A DNA stretch of 64,000 nt. It comes from Takakia lepidozioides (taxonomy: Eukaryota; Plantae; Bryophyta). Each line of letters begins with the position of its first letter. Within the stretch, counting starts at the first letter, position 1. Where the stretch lies: positions 57,412,001-57,476,000 of the forward strand of contig CM060734.1 of the NCBI GenBank assembly GCA_030704615.1, in the 5' to 3' direction. The notes below the pieces were generated by a model. That model searched no databases, was not told where the DNA came from, and worked only from the letters and a program-made list of their open reading frames with translations. Positions 49,900 through 62,575 of the stretch are shown here, piece by piece. Both the position numbers and the translations under genes were made by a program.

Positions 49900-51506
49900 T
49901 GAAGATCTTGTTGTAGAAGGATTCTCAACTTCGTTCTTGGTTCAATTTTGTTTTGGACACTTTGGCCAAAGAAAAATTGGGCCTTGACGATATTTTTTTA
50001 TAAGGGACATGAAGCCAGGAAATACTTACACTGTTCCAAGGTCGTTGGCACACCCCTCATTTATACGGACAATGAGCTACGGGAGTACACTGGTTTTGCT
50101 CGCAAGAGATTGATGCAAGTGTTAAAATTTAAGCTTCCAGATATGGTGGGCAAACACTGTATGCCACGCAGGATTCCTGAGAAGCCACCTAAGGTCAGAG
50201 CACCAAAAGGCCACAGGGGGGAAGATGATTCTGATATTACTGGTTCTATGGAGGAACCTTTTGACATGGCTGAGGACTATGCAATACAAATGGTAGAGAA
50301 GAAACAACGGGGATCTCATATGCTTGAGAAGTTACCTCGTTATCAGCCAAATGAAGGGCAGTCATTTCCATTTGGTGAACAGTCATCTCCACCACCAGCC
50401 AGTGACAGGGCTCGGGCTCGCACACAGAGCCCTCCAAGGGACTCTCACCGACAGAAGGGTCCTCGTTCACAAAGGTTTGCTGATCTTAAGTAAACCATGA
50501 GGACACGGCTTTTTGAGAGGGGGAAGGGTAATGTTAGAGGGATGTCTGGGACTTAGACAGTTTTACGAATTTTGTGGGGTACCCTTAATTTTTGTGCAGA
50601 CTTACGGATGGTAGACTTAGACCAACAGAGGCCTTAGGGGTGACAGACAAAGGCTTTAGGGGCGGTAGACAGGTGTACACACTCAGTCACAGGCTTACAC
50701 AGTTTGACACAGCCTTACACAGTCTATCACAGCCCGACACAACCCGACAAAGTCAACCACAGCCCGACACAGCTTCACACAGCCAGTCACAGCCCGACAT
50801 AGCCCCACACGGTCCGGCACAGCCAGTCACAGCTTGACACAGTCACAGCCCGTCACAACGTATATAAGGAACGGTTATCATTGGCAGGGAACGATTGTAT
50901 AGGAACGACATCTGCAAAGGGAACGTGTTTTCTTCTTGGATGACAGTTAGTTAGTTAGGCGGTTAGAACAGCTTGTAGATAGATTAGACAGAGCAGCAAC
51001 ATGGAGGAGACCACTCTTCGGGACACACTTCTGGGGATCACGACTTGGTCATCGGGGAGAGAAGGAGGATCTGGAGCTAAGGAATGGAGAGCACAGTGGA
51101 GGAGGAGACGATCTGAGATGCTTGATTCATGCAAGCTGTAGAGATGTACTGTAGAGCAGACTAGAGACACCATGGCCACGCCCTGATACTTGATAGATCT
51201 TAATCTAATACATATTCCATACTCACATTGTGTAGAAAGACCTGAGTGAAGTTGTGGAATGAATGGATGAGTGATTGGAACCTGATAGATTGCTGACGCA
51301 ATCTGTTACTTAATCATAAATAGTAAGGTAACTTGTTGACATGAAGGCAAGAAGGAATACAAACAAGAAGCACTTCCATGATACACTAGTTGTAGGTCAT
51401 GACCGATTGTTCTAAGCGGGCTGAGTGCTTAGAGATTTCCAACTCTTCTATCTTGGAGTTCCCACCTCGGATAGCAAAGGGATGGGTGAGTAAAAGCCGC
51501 TCGACA
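49900..51506 (+). mobile_element. 3' end of an LTR retrotransposon: 3' ORF, PPT and ~975 bp LTR (50532-51506)
   Basis: PPT GAGAGGGGGAAGGGTAA followed by TGTTAGAG...CTCGACA; internal TATATAAG at ~50862; interrupts the protease frame of the minus-strand element. Confidence 0.75.
50680..50858. repeat. 10-bp tandem array (ACAGCCCGAC/ACAGCCAGTC variants) inside the LTR U3
   Basis: Direct reading of ~17 degenerate units. Confidence 0.8.
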
Positions 51507-54500
51507 TCTACCACGTATGTGTAGCCTCCGGTCTTTAGCCGAACATTCGCTAAGTGACCCACTGGTCTGATCTTCCGTTGGTCAGCCGGTCTGATAGTTA
51601 ATGGAGACTCCCCTATCATGTTCAACCATAACTTTGACAAGGTGGAGAGTGGCATGATGTTGACTGAGCTCCCGTCATCCACTAAACAACGTCGTATCAG
51701 ACGGTCTGCAATCTCCACTTCTATTTCTACTCGGCCCGAATCGACATGGGCGTTACTGTGGTGGGTCTGAGCAAAAGTACCTACTCGTTTCCTCACCAAG
51801 GATGCTTTGAGTGCATGTCGGACTGTTGATGCCAGTGCTATGAGATGGGCAAATGTAATGTTTGCCTGAATGTGGCGCAAGTCTTCCATTAGATTATACG
51901 GCTCCAACTCAGGTGAAGCGCATAGTGGAATGCGTTCTCCTTTTGGGAAGTTCGCTGGTGCTACTGGTCGATTGGCCGGACTCTTTGTTCTGGATGTCAA
52001 AAGTGGCCGAGAAATGGTTGGCCGGACTGCCAGAGATTTGGTCTCTGCAAATGCTACCTCCTTCTCCTTGGGATGGGTATCCTCTTCCTCCCTGAGTACA
52101 GTTTCCGCCACCTTCCGTGCGTTTGACTTCATGACTTTAAAGTTCAGATCTTCCTGTTCTGATGCCGATGTGGCTGACTCCGACGCCACACACCCAGGGC
52201 CCTTCCCTCGCGTATCTTGTTGTTATTGGGTCATACTTGCATAGCTACCTTCCTCTAGGTTAGCCTGCGTAGTTTGATTGGCGCGGAGCTCACTGGAAAT
52301 CCAATTGACTTGGTGTTGCGTCTCCTATTGACGGGACGACTGACTTGGATGCATACTAGCCTGTTGCTGGGATGGCGCTGAAGTGGACGCCTGCTGCCCT
52401 CCCTGCACCCTTACATCCTGAGGAGGAGACCACGTATTAGAAGAACCCTAGGCTATCTGAGCCACAGGATTTGAATAGGCTGCTCGGGAATTTTGTCCCA
52501 TAGCTGCCTTGCTCCCAGAATATGATGGGCCTGCCTGATCTGTTCTAGGCCGATGTGCTATCTGTGTTGGAGTAGCAAAATACATGTTATGATGTTGTGG
52601 TAGAGGGTTGGGTGGTTCAGTGGTATACTGATCCGGGAAGGGTGCTCGCTGCCCTTCCAAGTTCCTCTCTACTTGTTGAATGGTGGCCGGCGTAGGCTAG
52701 TCCACTTGTCTATGACATTTGTCCAAGGGGCGACCTCGTTGGCCACAGTACAAACACACGATGTCACTCCAACAATTTTCAGTTGGGTGAGTGGTTCTTC
52801 CGCACTTTTGACATCGTCTACGGGATTGATTTAATTGCCTTTTTGTTTATCTTGATAAGTTGGGTTCCGGATTACCTGCCTTTTCCGAATGGGATAAAGA
52901 CAGTGTTGAGACGCATGTCTCGAGTTGTTGCAATTGGAACACCATACCTTGGCCGGGTTGGGGCCGGACTCTCCAACTGGGGCCGCATCTCGGTACCCCA
53001 TTGGTAATCTGCTGACCGATTGAGCTCATGCGGTTGCCCATTGTTTCAATTGTCTTGATGAGAGAAATGACTTGTGCCTCTAAATGGCCCACTCGCGAAT
53101 CGGATTGCCCGCTTGAATCTGCATGTGAGTTGGTAAGAACAGTGTTCATGTATTGCAGCACCGTTGGCGCTACTACGGGTGTCGAGGCCGCTGCTGGGGC
53201 ATAGGGTCTCACTCCTCCTACATAAGATGGCGTGTAATGCAGCGCGGGCTGGATTACTGCTAATGGTGCCGGCTCCTACGCGGGCTCGATTGAAATATAC
53301 GATGGTAGAGCAAAGTCGGGCATCTTAGCTCGTTGTACTTGGCGATGCATGTTGTCAAATTCCTTGCCCACTTGTATGGCATCTACCAAAGTTGCAGGTC
53401 TTTGCTGCAAAACATGAAAGTGAGTGGCCTCTCGTAATCCACTCAAAAACAATCTTTGAGTACCCCATCATCTAGGGGGATCAAAGGGTTTTGGAGTCGC
53501 ATTAGCTCCCTGAATCGCATTTCGAAGTCTGCTACCTCCTCTGTGGGGCCTTGGCGAATCCTTGCCAATGCCATCAAGACACTGGTGAACTGGTGGACTG
53601 CCTGAAAATGATCTAGAAATGCATCCCAAATCTGCCGCCAAGTAATAAATATACCTGGAGCCTGTTGCCAATACCAAGTAGATGCTCTTCCCCTCATGGT
53701 TGTGGGAAACCATATCAGCCAATAGGCATCATTTAGTGCTTGGTTAGAGTAGCAACATTGAATGAAACTTTTCACATGATATTCTGGATTTTCATGTGCT
53801 TCCCCAGAGAACCAAGGCAGATGCCTGGGCAATGTGAGCGGGGGCAGGCCTGTTGGAACCACAATGGGTACCTCAAAGGTCCTGGAATATGTGCCATGAT
53901 TGACACTAATGACGGCGAGGGACTCCTTGACCTGGCCGGTGGGGTATAAGGGGGACTAGAGATAGGGGAAACCACTCGTGAACACTCGATGTCCGAAGAA
54001 CTTTCAATGTTCTCTCCTTCCCACTCTCTCTTTCCCAAACTTCTAGTTTCTAAGTCTGACTCTGGACTCAATGCTGGGTTTTTCACTAGCAACTGATCAT
54101 GGACGACTTCTCTAGCCAGTCTTCTCTGTAACCTGGTATCAAACGATATGCTATCCAGGCTTGGGAGTGTGTCTCTTGATCCTGAGAGACATACACTCAC
54201 TGTTGGACCGACGAGGATTCTCCTGCCTCAGTCTGTACTGAAGGACCTATATTTCCTTGAACTACCATGTCAAGAATAAACAAGGTCAAATCTGCATACC
54301 TTCCATGAAACCGCGGCGATGGAGGCACGTCAATGTGCAATCGAGGGATAACCAACCGGCCAAGGTCCTTCACAATGGGAGCACTCGGATCGGAGTATCA
54401 GATGCTGGCTTGCAAAGAACTGGCAAGACTCACAATGAGTAAAGAAATCAACTTGCCACCCTAGTGGGCTAGGAGGGAAGAACTCGGGTGTAGTGCTCCC

Positions 54501-56210
54501 AAGTAAATACCTGGGTAGGGACAACCCGGAAACACAAATCTGTCTGGGCACCAATAATTTTTTTGAGTGGTGCCGTCTGGAAGAATTCAGGTATTCCAAA
54601 CTCTCTCGTCAATCCAACATTTCTTATGCATTTTTTTCTCCCCCAGATACCGGATATATTCTTCGATCCTCTCCCGGGTAGATAAGGGTTTGTGGAAAAA
54701 CCGATGTCGAATGCGCTTCACTTTTTTGTCAAAGAACATGTCAGCTTTTTAATTGTGCTTAACAATTCCACACTTATTGCACACTGCGTTATCAAGGAAT
54801 GATGAGATGAACATAATGTAGCCTGGCTGGTTTAATACAACATGGCATAACCGCCTCTCGCTACTGCATCCCACCCAAATGGAGACTCTGGACCTCTCAC
54901 GCTAGAAGTTCCTGAAATCTCCACACTAATCACTCAGATCCGGACGACTACTGGAGGCGGGCTCATCTCGTCCTCCTCTGAGGAAGTGTACTCAGTAGGT
55001 CCACTCGGGGCACTCTCTACTGAAGAAGCCGCATGTACCACGCGATGTGGTAACCGAGGCAGTTATGCTCGATGAGTCCTCATGCCAAAAGGAAAGGTTG
55101 CTGCTGGGCTGGCTGTCCAACAGAATCAACCTACGAACTGTAGCAGGTGGTGCAAAGAAAGACCTCTCTGCTGGCCGTCTCTAACTGTGTGCGCAATGAC
55201 AACCGGACGAGTAATCAACTCATGGATAAGGGATGCTGGTGTGGTCCCCCGGTGATAATATCGGGGCGGCAGATCAGATGAGAAACTGATGGGTGGCAGA
55301 TTTCATTCATCCTAGCCTGGTGATTGTTTAAGTTGCTAATGCATTATTGATTGGTTTGGTATAGGAATTTAAGGGGTGCTCCCAAGTGGAGAGCGGTTTC
55401 CCAATGCTCACGACATAAAGATCGTTCCGGAAACCCCTGGTACCTTGAGGGTAATTTAGTTAGCTCCACATGATTCTCTATTTCTCACGCTGAATTTCTT
55501 TCATTTGTAGGAAGGTTTTATGATTTGTTCTTTATTATTCAGAAGGGTAATTCGCCTTTAATAAGGGGTTTTATCCGGACCCCCTTAACTTTAAAACGGA
55601 AGCTTTCAGGGATGCATCGCCCCCATCCGCCGAGGATATTTGAAATCAAGCTGGGGGCCTTGGATCAAGGAACGGCCATTGTTTTATTAGATCTTGGGGA
55701 TTACCTAGACGTTTGAATTGTTATCATTCATCCGATGGACTGACCATTGAGGTTGAAACTTGGATCGCTCTAAGCAGGGGAGACTGACTTGGAAAGCGGA
55801 TCCGGTCCCTTCCTAGGAGGTAGGAAATTAATCCACCTCGAGATTTAGGGGGGGACATTGGGCGGGAGATACATGATCCCCGTCTCCCTGTGAATAAATT
55901 TGAGGTTCGTCCCAACTATAAGCGTGTTGGGAGTCAAGGCATGTAAGAAGTAGTAATAAACAAACACTTGGAAGGCAATTACTATTAAAGACGTAGAAAA
56001 CCCATAAACAAAACGTAGGACTAAGAAACGCAAATCGCCCTGTGAAGTGAAGTTGTTAAGCTTTGTTGGAAGTTAGACTGTTTAGATCCGTAGCTACCAC
56101 GGACCCTTGCACTTACTGCAGCCGGGTAGGCGGTTCATTGAGCCCAACCTACACCACAACTTGTCACGACCCACTAGGCTAGTATGCCGTCACCCGGCCG
56201 CGCGCGACCA
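51507..56210 (-). mobile_element. Ty3/gypsy element 5' half: LTR end (~56162), long leader, gag, Zn knuckle, aspartic protease; degenerate
   Basis: LPWFSGE..PEYHVKSF..FPTTMRGRASTWY..IRQGPTEEV (gag), CLYCGQRG knuckle, CLVDDGSSVNIM protease; TGTCACGACC LTR terminus. Confidence 0.85.
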
Positions 56211-56214
56211 GGGA

Positions 56215-58330
56215 TCGTCAATACGTCTTATGATATTGACATCCATAGACTTTACATGTGCGAATGCTTTTGAATTTATAGCATGGAATTCATCCCTAGT
56301 CAAAGGATCAAACAAAGCTTGCAATCGCTTAGACTTGAAACAACCACATGTATTCAAAGGGTCAAAAAACTCAACAAAAGTGAACTCCCTGAATACATCA
56401 CTTGGTTTATAGATTGATCTACCAAAATGGTTGTGATATTTCCAACCAAAGAGAATATCATTGACCAGTAGAGCCAATTCATGTTGCTCAAAAAAACCAA
56501 AAGTGGCTGAAATTACCTCTTTAACACAAATCCATTCCATTGCACGATTAAGATATAACACATGAATATATCCAATCTTTCTTTTTTTTACTGGAGGTAA
56601 AAGGTAGAGACGTCTTTGTACATCAGATGTAAGTCTCCTGTCACACATCTCTGGAAACAGGAAGACATTCCGAAAAAGACTATTAGTTGATTGGAAACAA
56701 GTTGACATCGTATCTCCAGAGCAAAACTTCAAAGAATCACCACCGTAAGACACGTGCTTTGAGTGGAGACCTACTAACAGACCCCTGACTACTAGAAGGT
56801 GTACGATCAGAACCAATGTCAATTGTAGTCTCAGAGGAAGATGGAAACCATCCATCTTGCACCCTAGGAATAGCATGTGCTACAATAGAATTACGACCAG
56901 CGCCAACATGACCACGGCCACGTGAGTAAGTGTGGCTAGAATGACCTCCTCCTGCTCTGGCCCTCCCACCAAACTGACCTCCTCTCGGGATGAGCGGAGG
57001 AGTGTTGCTGAAGGAGGTGTGTTGTTTCTTATAGTAAGGAACTGAGCTAGGAATTGGCGAATTGAGGGAGAAACTCAGTGGTTTGATCAGCCTCTCAATC
57101 GTTCGTACCCCCAACTTGATGCTTGGCCAAGAGCTTGCTACATGGCGCAAACACAAACTCGGTCGCAGTCTCTTTCATCAAATCTCTAGTATACATAAAG
57201 GTGAAGTGTGCCAAGACCGCTGTCTTTGCAGAACCAGCCAACCAAATTTAAAAAGCAACAAATTTGGTTTTGAGAGACGGAAATTCAGAATGATAGAACT
57301 CCACCAGATTGTTGACCATGTACCAAACAGCTTGGTCAAACCACAGTAGACTACCCATGCACCCACCTTTTGAGTTCGCCAAACTGCAAGGGCATCTAAA
57401 AAAAGGCCTATGCCAATTCCACCATGCTGTTCGGTGGTTATCATCACGACGAGCACCAATATTCATGTTGCCCTTAGTGCAAACATGAATGCCTGTGCTC
57501 ATCGCACATCTCTTGGGATCGTAAGCCAAAATTGGAAAGGCATTGGGGATTTCCACAATAGCCTTTAGAAACTGAAATCCATCAGCTCTTTTGGCCTTAC
57601 AATCATCCACTTCAGCCTGTGAGATGTTGGCCCATGTCATCCACATGTGGAGATCAATTGGCGCCAAGAGCTGCAGGTTAAAGAGTGTCCACATACGGTG
57701 ACATTTCTCAGTAACCATCAATTCTACCGCCCTTGGAGGAGTGAGGGGAGCCACTGGTTCCTTTCTCCCACTACTAATCAGATTGTTCCTTGACAGCTCA
57801 ATTTGTGAGCTCTGAATCCCTTCCACATACTCTTCCAATGTGGCTCGATCCACATCTGGGATCGCCATCTTGGCCAAGAAAGGGCGCACTCGTAGTTTAT
57901 CATTGAAGTCAGAAGCAGAGTTAGCACTGATGTTGGCTGTGACAGGACTATCCGTATTGTTGGAATTAGCACGTTTGATGGCACAGTCAATGTCATTCAT
58001 CAGCTTTTCAGTTTCACATTGGTCATCAAAGTCTTGTTGGAGCAACTCCCCTAGCTTAGAGTGTACATCACATAGAGTTTTCAGAGCATGGGGCCGGTCC
58101 GAGAGTCTCAAGGAGTAAGGGTTCATGCACACCTTCCTCATTGATGTCATTCAGCAATGCCTTGTCCTTCTCTTGAACAAAGGCATGGAATGGAGGAAAG
58201 TCGATTGCAGCCAAACTGGCCTGCACACCAGGGATAGGAGGTGGGAGAGGAGCCCCATAGCCAAGCGCCAACAAATCATTGTGCCAAGCAGGGCTATTTT
58301 GCATCTACACATACGTAAATATACCATGTT
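56215..58330 (-). mobile_element. Degenerate unclassified element, possibly Penelope-like (endonuclease N-terminal to a missing RT)
   Basis: ERLIKPLSFSLNSP and CGC..R..DP......HVKSMDVNII motifs; long broken ORFs. Confidence 0.4.
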
Positions 58331-58957
58331 AGAAGGAAAAAGGAAAAAGACATAATGGAGTAAGAAACTGTTTGATGGTGTATTCAACAACCAAGAAGAA
58401 TATTGAATAGAGGAGAGAAAGTGTTACATAGCTAGACAAAGAAACACTAAGCACATTATGCTATGTTTGCCTTCATTTAACGACATCAGACAGCCTAATT
58501 TAGGCACCATCAAACTGTCTCTACCCAGATCTGCCTCCATACCTCCCTTTACATTATACCCTTGCTGGAAAACCAGGTTTAAGGTCTACTAAGTGACAAT
58601 CACATGCACACTAGGTAGGGCCTTCTCATAAACAGATCTACCTCCTCACTTTCATATCACTCTTTTCCATGTAGGTACCAGCTCATAGATCCATCAAACC
58701 AATAGAGCAAAAACAGCAATATATGTGTACAATCAACACATACAAACATAATTGAGGTTTGAGAGAGCTCAAAGCCTCACTCCCTTAGTCTCTTGCCCTT
58801 AGTAGCATTTCCTGCAACAAAAGAAGGTGAAGTGGCCTCACCTGGATCCATCACAACCAACCAGCCAACCAACAGGTTAGTGATCCCTGTGGAACCCCAG
58901 GCTTAAACCCCTTCACATTCGTTATCAATGTCATCCCTGCAACAGGTCATACTAGCA

Positions 58958-59672
58958 AAGATTGTACTCATAAGACGTTGTTTGCCGTAGCCTTGTGGCC
59001 ATTGACCCCGCGCCCACTTTGAGCGGGAACAAAAGGAACAGAACCTACCTCTGTCAGGGGCTGACGTTGGTAGTAAGACTTACCTTCATATAAAGAATTA
59101 ATCCGGGTTTTCCAGATATCCTCTAGAAATCCCTTCACACAAGCATCAATCTGCTGTGTGTGATTTGCCCAAAAACCAAGCCTCAGGAGGGCCGGGGCTT
59201 TTGGCTCAACCTCCAGACTTTCAAAGTTGGTAAACAGGGGTACAGGCACAATTCCCTTGATAGAATTGAAGAGAGCGTCTCTTTGGTGAGAGAACCCCGG
59301 ACAGTGTATCAGAAAATGAATATTGTCTTCAGATTGCCCACACAACGGACAATTGCACTCTCCCTTTCCTCTCTGCTTCTGTTTGTTGTTCAAAGGTAGG
59401 CTTCCTGCCCTGAGTTTGAATTTCAGTCTAGTGCCGAGAGTGGGTAGACCCTTGAGGTCATCCAAGATGTCCACCCCCATGTCACTGACTGGAAACAAGT
59501 TCAGGGAAGTTCTCTGCCTAACTTCATTTTCATCAGACAATCTAATGGCAACAGACATGGCTTCGGACACTACAGCCTCTAAGTCAGATTTATCCAGCAG
59601 GGTCAAGACTTGCGGATCCAAGTCCAGGTCCTTGAGAATCTGTTCTACTCTCTTCTGCCAGGAGTCCAGCAA
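58958..59672 (-). mobile_element. LINE family B 3' portion (open C-terminal ORF with CCHC finger)
   Basis: GTRLKFKLRAGSLPLN..CPLCGQSEDNIHFLIHCP; ends TTATGAGTACAATCTT. Confidence 0.85.
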
Positions 59673-60949
59673 GGTTTCAATGCTGACCTCTCCTCCACAA
59701 TCCTATGCACACAACCAATTTGAAAAGGAGCTTTAGCTATATTGACACAATTAAATGTGCTTTAAGAGTCATGCCTGAAGGGGCGGGGCAAGTTTCTCAT
59801 CTCCACATATGAGTCCTTGTTGTTGTCCAACTTGTAGCAAAGACAGGACAAATAACCAGATAAGAATACTGAGGACCGCCATCTGTGTCTAGGGTTTGCA
59901 GGGTCCAAAATCACTGATGTCCTCTGGGCTTCTTTGGAGGGGGAGGACCCATGCTCCCACTCTCTGGCTTGCGTTTGATTCCAAGAAAATGTGCTACCTG
60001 CAAACATGAATACATATGACCCTCCACTTGGAAAGTTGTTGTGAAAGCAAAACTTTTACAGTTGACTGCAGACAAATTAGTGAACTTCAACTGGACTCTT
60101 CAAATCAACATAACACACTGTATGAAAATACATTTATAGTAACATAACTTTGAAGCAGAAAATCTTGAGTAAGAGTAACATGCCAAGAAGGGTAAGATGC
60201 AGACAAACAGCACCACCTTCCAGAAGAGTCATAACTAGATACAAAAACGTCTATGCAGAGCCCAAAGCAGGCGACTTGTCAGGTATACATCCAATTCACA
60301 CAGTACCTACTTAAAACTTTTTAGTACCACAACCAGGATAACAACTAAGGCCATGGTCAAGTGGGCTGTCTTCTAGACTTGACAGACTAGTGATTGAGGC
60401 TACCCCAGCCAACAACAGGGAACTATGTTGTGGCAGGTACAGTCTTACCTTCTTATCCCCCAACATGGGTGTCAAGCTGCCCACATTCTTGTTGTCCCCC
60501 AACATGGGAGTTAGGCTACCCACTGGTTCATTTTCAATAGTTGCAAATCCACTCCGTGGGTGACCAGTTTGCCTGCAAGTCACAGAGCACAAATGACTTC
60601 TTTTTTGGAACTTTCATAACTGTCATGTTGTTTATGGGCGAGTGGTCTGTCTATCTCTTACTTGTTGAGTGTAGTAGAGGGCAAGGGCTTGCAAGAGGAG
60701 CCCTGTCCACCCCACAAGGAAATTTCCCCCTGATGATGTTGACAAGATCAGAGAGCTTTAAATTCCCACTGCTTACCAAAATGAGACCACATTTTGTATG
60801 GGGATTGCCAGTGTATTCTCTCTATAAGGGAACAACAAGACTTTCTGAAAAGGGAAGCAATGTCCACTGCAGGGGAAAAATGAAGAGCATCATTGACCTT
60901 GTTAAATAGACTGCACTTCTAATTTAATTGAGAGCATGTGGCATACCCA

Positions 60950-61620
60950 CATAAAAATTTGAAGAGCTTACCCAGGTTTAATGTGGCCGATGACAACAAT
61001 ATAAGGAGCATGCATCTTAGCTTGGGCATCATGCATTTTTTAAGGGGAGTGTCCCCAATTTCCATTCTTCCTGGAATTGCTTGTCTCTTTTCTTGCTTCA
61101 TCTTACTGGGGCCCTTCCCATGGAACTTGTGTGAGAGCTTCCGGAATGCCTCTTTAGGTGTCATCTGCAAAAAAAACACGGGTGTCAACCTTTTCGGCTC
61201 ACTTCATCCCAACAGCACAGACACCTCATATTCAAATGAGAAGGAATCTCATGAGAGTTTTCGAGGCTTTCTAACATAAATGCCAGTTCAAAAGGATCCC
61301 TAAAAGGCATTTCAATATTGACATCATCCAAATCTAATCAACAAAGTGACTAGTAGAGATATCAGAAGTTGTACCGTCCGGCCAAACTCATCAACACGGT
61401 CCAAAAGAATATCTCGTTGACCAACAAGATTGGTTGATTCATCCACAATCCCGATCAGCTTGTTTTTCTTCTTGTCCATGTTTATGTCACCCCAGTTAAC
61501 TATTTCCTTCAGTGTACCTCTTTCCTTTAGTAACTATATAGCACCTGCCAACCCTTTCCCAACCGCAACCTCCTGGGTTGGTTCCTCCAGGTCTTCAATA
61601 TCTTTCTCTACCTCCCCTTG
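60950..61620 (-). pseudogene. SART1: SART-1/Snu66 (DOT2-like) C-terminal fragment
   Basis: EVAVGKGLAGAI*LLKERGTL..MDKKKNKL..RVDEFGRT|MTPKEAFRKLSHKFHGKGPSKMKQEKR; in-frame TAG and internal deletion. Confidence 0.85.
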
Positions 61621-62575
61621 AGCTTCGGTCAGAGTTTTAGCAGTCCAACAAGCAAGAGTCGTTTGTGGAACTTTGACTGGTAGTTGTGTACTTCAGTCTG
61701 ACCTAGTGAAATCAAATAACATCATTATGTCCACGCAAGCACCTCTTTCTTAGTTATCCTCCAGCGCATACACCTGTTTTGTGTGCATGACTATAAGGGG
61801 GATGCTTGCGCGTGAGCCTGTGAGCCTGGCTTCGCTCACGCCACGTAAGCAAGCATCCACGTGTTCAGGCCCTAATACCGTGCTCCCCCCCCCCTATTAC
61901 CGCGGATCGGCTGTCGCCTATGTCCTTATTTTTTATCCCTCTTCATTGCCCCCACATGAATATTCCTTCTGGCCGAGAACAATGGCAGGTTTGCGGATGG
62001 TTTATGATTGAGGTCATGACTTTGGAATGAGGAGATCGCCCACTAGAAAACTGAATATTAAAAGCAAACCTTTTGTTTTGCAAAGCAGTACATTCATTCC
62101 AACCCACAAACATTTTTCAATTCCGGAATCCGAAGACCTACCCCAAGCAATCCCTAAATGTACTTACAGGAACGCGCAAAGAACTTGAAAAACAGTTTGG
62201 GGATGGAAGCAAAACCAAAACACAATTTATTGAGCCTCGGTACTTGAACCTCAAGAACTATTGGAGGTTTCAGAGGAACCACTTCCAGAGTTTATAGCAA
62301 TATCATCTATGAATACAGCAGCACGTCCGCGACATTTTTTTTTTCCACGACCTTCATGTAGATGCGAATACATTGTTTGTTGGGATAACACCCGTGCGCA
62401 AGCTTCAGCGTAAACCGGCAAGCGGTAAGCTCTAGGGGGACTCGGGGACATGTAGTGTCCTTGGAAACCGAAAGGTGTCTACTGATTCGATGACTGGTGC
62501 CGAACTCTGGAAAGCAAAAAGAGGAATGGTGGTAGATGTTAACATCCAGATATAGACAATGTAAGCAACCATCTG

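Noticed and set aside
60440-60525. VGSLTPMLGD repeat protein
   Set aside because: A simple 36-bp tandem duplication in a short ORF with no other coding support
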